The position numbers and the translations under genes were made by a program. Shown here piece after piece: positions 59,544-64,000 of a stretch of DNA of 64,000 nt (position 1 is the first letter of the stretch; each line of letters opens with the position of its first letter). This stretch comes from Oopsacas minuta (taxonomy: Eukaryota; Animalia; Porifera): contig JAKMXF010000066.1 in NCBI GenBank assembly GCA_024704765.1, positions 1,175,883 to 1,239,882 on the forward strand. Direction: 5' to 3'. Below the pieces are notes generated by a model. The model saw nothing but the letters and a program-made list of their open reading frames with translations, had not been told where the DNA came from and did not search any database.

Positions 59544-59996
59544 ATGCCTACAGTAAAGGATGTCCCTGCTGACAAGTTTATTGAGGAATTCGCTAAATTC
59601 CTGAAACAGAGCGGAATGGTTAAACCCCCGGACTGGACCGAACACGCCCGTACTGGTCACCACAAAGAATTGGCGCCTTACAGACCAGATTGGTGGTACA
59701 TCCGGTGTGCCTCTATAGCTAGACGGGTGTTTATTCGTAAGCGCGTGGGTGTTGGCGGTCTCACGAAAGCATACGGTGGTAGGAAACGCCGTGGGGTACG
59801 TCCTGGTAAATATATCCGTGGTTCATCTAGTATCGCCCGCAAGGCGCTGATACAACTAGAAGACTCTGGTATTGTTGAGAAGATTCGAAAGGCTGACGAT
59901 GAAGGTGGAGAATTCGCAGGTAGACAAGTTACACGTGAAGGGCAGCGTCATTTGAATCAGATAGCTGATCAAGTGTACAACAATTTGAATAGTTAG
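59544..59996 (+). CDS. RPS19: 40S ribosomal protein S19 (eS19), 150 aa, intronless
   Basis: TVKDVPADKFI..PDWTEHARTGHHKELAPYRPDWWYIRCASIARR..YGGRKRRGVRP. Confidence 0.97.
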   Translation: MPTVKDVPADKFIEEFAKFLKQSGMVKPPDWTEHARTGHHKELAPYRPDWWYIRCASIARRVFIRKRVGVGGLTKAYGGRKRRGVRPGKYIRGSSSIARKALIQLEDSGIVEKIRKADDEGGEFAGRQVTREGQRHLNQIADQVYNNLNS

Positions 59997-61095
59997 ATTT
60001 GTATTAGCACTGATTAGATATTAGAATTGTAATTAGAATGATATTGTAGTTCTCTAGTAGTAAATTCTAGCGGTAATAAATTGCTGTATTTATCATGCTT
60101 TATGAATTTCCAACCCTCCTGGGGTATTACGAGAAATTCATGGAAGAATTTGAAATCCCGGAAATATATGAGCAATTTATATGCATTTTTACCAAATTGC
60201 CTGATATTGCTGTTTATGGAAGTAAACTTGGAAATTCAAGAATTTTTTGGGAAAATATTAAAAGGGGCGACGGTTAGTAAGTATGTGAATGGGGATGTTG
60301 CTTATTGATTTCATTACAATCAATTTTGCAAGATTATACAATAGATTCTTGTTTATACAGTGTGGAACTTGATTAATTCGAACACCAACGGTCATTCAAT
60401 ATTTGTTCGCTTTATTTGGTATTCATATTAACCGATTTAATACCAATGTCCAATTGAATAACCACATTGCCCTGACTTTGTGTAGTTGCTGGTTATCCAG
60501 AAATTTGTGCTACCCTTGTTCTTATTAACGAAGTCCAAAATTTCAGTCAGTTTCTGGCTCCCCTCAACACAGTTCCTGAAAGCCAATCTCATTTTCAATT
60601 CTTACACTTACGTTATTACATATCAAGATTTTTCACAGTCATTTGCTTATAAATTAAAATGTCCAATATATGTATAGTTACGTAATATCAAAATGTTGAT
60701 GGTAAACGCATCCTGTCAATTTGAATTGAAAGTGAAACACGCGTTTATCCATCACATTATGTCACGTGTTCTAATAACGTGTTTAAATCTGATAAATATA
60801 CTTTCAGTTCAAGTTATTGTTGTTCGAAATAATAATTTATTCGAAAAAAGACAAACTAATCATACACGTGACTACAACGCGAAACTGACTCCATAACACT
60901 TGTGAAACTCGCGGTTTCTAACAGTTGAATTTTCGTGTGAGGTCGATTTCTACTTCGTAATCTTAAACGTCATAATAGTAACCTTGAATATGCTCTCGTA
61001 AACTTAAATGCTTGCTGGAATTTATATAAAAATCGTTTATTAGTAATGTGGGTTTTCTATTATTTTGTTGTTTCATTTTTGCAATTTTACAACTG

Positions 61096-62126
61096 ATGGC
61101 AACAGAACAAGATAGTAATTTTGAAACTGAAAATTACAAACCAAAACCGCTAAATATTTTCGAATTCTCTAAAAACGTTGGACAAACGACTTCAGAACTG
61201 ATCCAAAATGAGTTGATTCAGAAAAGAAAGACAATAAAGATAATGAAGCGACGATCTAAAACGCATACACGTCATATAATCAATAATATGAATCGTAATG
61301 GAATGGATTGTCATGGCTATTTGAATTGTTTCGTAAAAACTACACCCTACAAGAGCAAATACATTCCAAATATTAAATGTTATATGAATGAATCTGCGAA
61401 ATCACTTTTCCTAACTGATTGTGAAGAGAGTAATGATGCATCTCCTTGTGTGGGGAAAACTGTGAGTAAGAGAAAACCGAAAAAACTTGATAACTGCACC
61501 AAAATAAGACTTAAAGGGTGAGTTATATATTCTCATGTTTCCCACAGTCATAATTAGAAATTGCATGTGTAACTTGAAAATGCTAAGTTGAACATCTGTG
61601 ATTTATGCTATTCAATTCCAAAATATAGCAAATTCGCTTTTAGTTCATTTTGTATTGAAAATAATTCTGGTAATAGCAAGTTCGCGTATTAGCAAGGAAA
61701 TTCGTGCAAAAGACGACCTCCTAATAGGCTAACTCAATTGTATTGTGAAATATCAGTGAATAATAGTTTGCAGCTCTTAAAATTGGCAAAAAAATGTATT
61801 TATTCCTGAAAAACATGTATTTGCATATTATTTATTTGCTTCTTTTTAGGGCTAATAAAACTCGAGCAAAACCCCAAACAACAAAACCCCAAACAACAAA
61901 ACCCCAAACAACAAAACCCCAAACAACAAAACTCCAAACACCAAAACTCCAAACACCAAAAGAACCTTCCAACAGGTCAAAATCTCCCTCTACAATACCT
62001 CTTGACCCACGATTCGATAACCCAATAATCAGCGCTGTTTTAGACGATTTGATAGTGAAAGGTGAATTCAACGCTGAATTTGAAGATCTTTTATGCTCAA
62101 CCTTTACAAGTTCACAGACTTTATAG
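61096..62126 (+). CDS. Hypothetical two-exon protein with KPQTT repeats, about 232 aa
   Basis: Exons 61096-61517 and 61850-62126; the GG|gtgagt...ttttag|G splice joins two long ORFs in frame. No recognisable domain. Confidence 0.6.
61670..61740. mobile_element. MITE family F fragment in the intron of the orphan gene
   Basis: aagttcgcgtattagcaaggaaattcgtgcaaaa matches 47119-47153; the right end ...cctaataggctaactcaattg|TA resembles the family terminus. Confidence 0.55.
61868..61957 (+). repeat. Coding 15-bp minisatellite x6 (KPQTT x4, KLQTP x2)
   Basis: AAAACCCCAAACAAC x4 followed by AAAACTCCAAACACC x2. Confidence 0.93.
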
Positions 62127-62998
62127 AATTTTCTCGAATAACATAATTTCTACCATCATCTTATAGAATAATATCACTTTTCGATGTAATTTTTTAGCTC
62201 TTTACAACCTAAAATCGAATTAATTTTACGAATTTTTATTGATCATGTAAATTTGATAATTCTTTACTACTTTCTAGGAATTCTATACTTTGTTATTACA
62301 ACAATTCTAAATAAACATATTATGACGAATGTTGAAAATATGTGTATTATGTTGTTCCTAGAGCAGGGGGCCCGTGCAGCTTCTCAACTTTAAAGTTAAG
62401 GACATACCAAATTACCACCAATAATTTCCGGGGCGATTGTAAATTTCAACTCCCCCTTGAGAGGGGATTTGCGATTTTTGTAATCTTATGTGTTTACATT
62501 ATGTGTCTTTATCCTAACGAACAGTAGACAAGTCTAAATATACGGAAATGACGATTCTGTCTAGCAGTTATGAATTTTATAAGCCTCTGGGGAGTGATTA
62601 TTTGATGGAGGGCTATTATTCGGGCTAATAAGGTACTTGATAACTTTCGCTAAATATTTAGCTGATCAACGTGACAATGAAACAAGTATAAGAGTTGGAA
62701 AATTTGGCGATATCATAACACCGCGCCGTGAAATGTACACTCTGTGTGTCGAATTAATCCTCAGCTTCATTCTAGATGTTTTAGGGATAGTTTGATAAGA
62801 ACATGTGCATCTACCAACCCCTTGAATTCATTTCCCAGAATTTTTACAAGGACTTTTAGACAATTTTTTGGAGAGTATGCATGAGGTGAAATTTTTGAGT
62901 GATCTAATTGGTCATGGTATATGTGTGTTAATTAATCACAATGTTTGTTTGTTTTGTTTTCAGAATTATAAGTTTTCTATATCAGCTAACACTGCACT

Positions 62999-63108
62999 AT
63001 GGATCAATGTGAGTGTATATGTTGGTATATTCGAGCTATGCAACGAATTTTTGAGATGATTTCTTCAGGAAATGGTTATTGTACTCAAAATCAATGTTTT
63101 CCCACAAC

Positions 63109-63139
<31 letters not shown>

Positions 63140-63301
63140 ACGGATACAAACACATTATTACAACCGGATAATTTAATTTTGTTTGCGTTGTTTTTGTTTT
63201 GGCTTGTCTTCTCCGTTTATTATTTCCTGTTTCTAAGACCAAATATTCGTACAAGAAAGATTCAAAATTTCGCTGATAGAGACAATGAAGGGATTATGTG
63301 A
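62999..63301 (+). CDS. SMIM14: Small integral membrane protein 14 (DUF2615 family), 100 aa
   Basis: DQCECIC....AMQRI..MI..GNGYCTQNQC..TM..FLFLRP matches the SMIM14 pattern DPCECVC..EHAMRRL..LLRQSQSYCTDTEC..LFLLRP as I recall it. Confidence 0.8.
63110..63139 (+). repeat. (CAA)10 microsatellite encoding polyQ
   Basis: Ten perfect CAA triplets in frame within SMIM14. Confidence 0.92.
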
Positions 63302-64000
63302 ATTGAATCAATTCAAATTTAATTATTTCTTATGGAATTCTGATTTGTTTTATTAATATTACTCTTATTACAAGTATTATACATTGTATTGAGATTTTAT
63401 TATTTAATAAAACTACAAGTTCAGTTACAAACTTATTGGGTGGGAATTGTTACAAAATCGAAAGGCAGATTTGGTGAAATATTAATCAACTTGAAGGTAA
63501 TAAATCTTGTGTTGATCAAACAGAATAAATGTATTACAGATTTTTCCAAGTTGTCAGTCAAGGCCACTGTTCATATTGAAGAGATTTATACAAACAACAC
63601 AAATGATACAAGGTGTATGTAATCTACAGCCTGCTATTTGTCCTCTGTAGTTATATAGTAAATGATGGAATGCTTGTGAGTAGGAAAAAGTTGCAGTTGT
63701 AGTAAGTCCATTGTTTGACATCGATCTAACATCAGCACGCCAAAAACAAAGTCCTATCTAGTTACAAAGGAGTTCGTCTATTTTGCAAATTTTAGCTCAA
63801 ATGTTTACGCTAATTTGCAAACCAATATTACTCTATGTCCTTTGTAAACAACTCATCAATATATCTCTTTCTCCCTCTTTACTGAGAATATGATAACAGA
63901 AGTACAAAAAGTAATGACAAATATTAACAAACAATATCTTCTCTATGCATAGTCAATAATCACTGCTAGATATATTAGTTTATATTAGTAAATCAGTGGA

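Noticed and set aside
63389-63830. Short ORFs on both strands near the window end
   Set aside because: No recognisable motif or consistent exon structure; they may belong to a gene outside the window but cannot be supported.

Overview
AT-rich, gene-dense, intron-poor eukaryotic (animal) genomic DNA. It is not prokaryotic: GT-AG introns restore open frames, and it carries a Six1/2 homeobox and a RING-TRAF gene. The compact architecture is consistent with an early-branching metazoan such as a hexactinellid sponge; that assignment is inference and was not verified. About 19 protein-coding genes could be reconstructed by hand: a FAM181-like gene, Six1/2, neurocalcin, a secreted ComEC-like metallo-beta-lactamase-fold protein, ZNF622/REI1, KIF6, MEAF6, an orphan 7TM protein, an intronless PIKfyve, ANKRD28/44/52, PDHA1, a KCTD/BTB gene, ERMP1, a TRAF, PSMD13, a P2X receptor, RPS19, an orphan two-exon gene and SMIM14. 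Several families of short TA-flanked Tc1/pogo-type MITEs and a few tandem repeats are present, and 39.2-50.8 kb has no recognisable gene. No rRNA, tRNA, CRISPR array or autonomous transposase was found. The most notable observations are: (1) a Dictyostelium-like, Cys-poor P2X receptor; (2) at least 12 perfect TGACGTCA (CRE) octamers, all inside gene bodies; (3) a secreted ComEC-type MBL protein that has lost its metal ligands; (4) a FAM181-like gene; (5) a KIF6 C-terminal motif reachable only through a 37-nt micro-intron or a frameshift; (6) an (E-x-x)n tail on the PP6 ankyrin subunit; (7) a TRAF carrying a DSGxxS degron in place of its coiled coil. Homology calls come from recalled motifs, not database searches.
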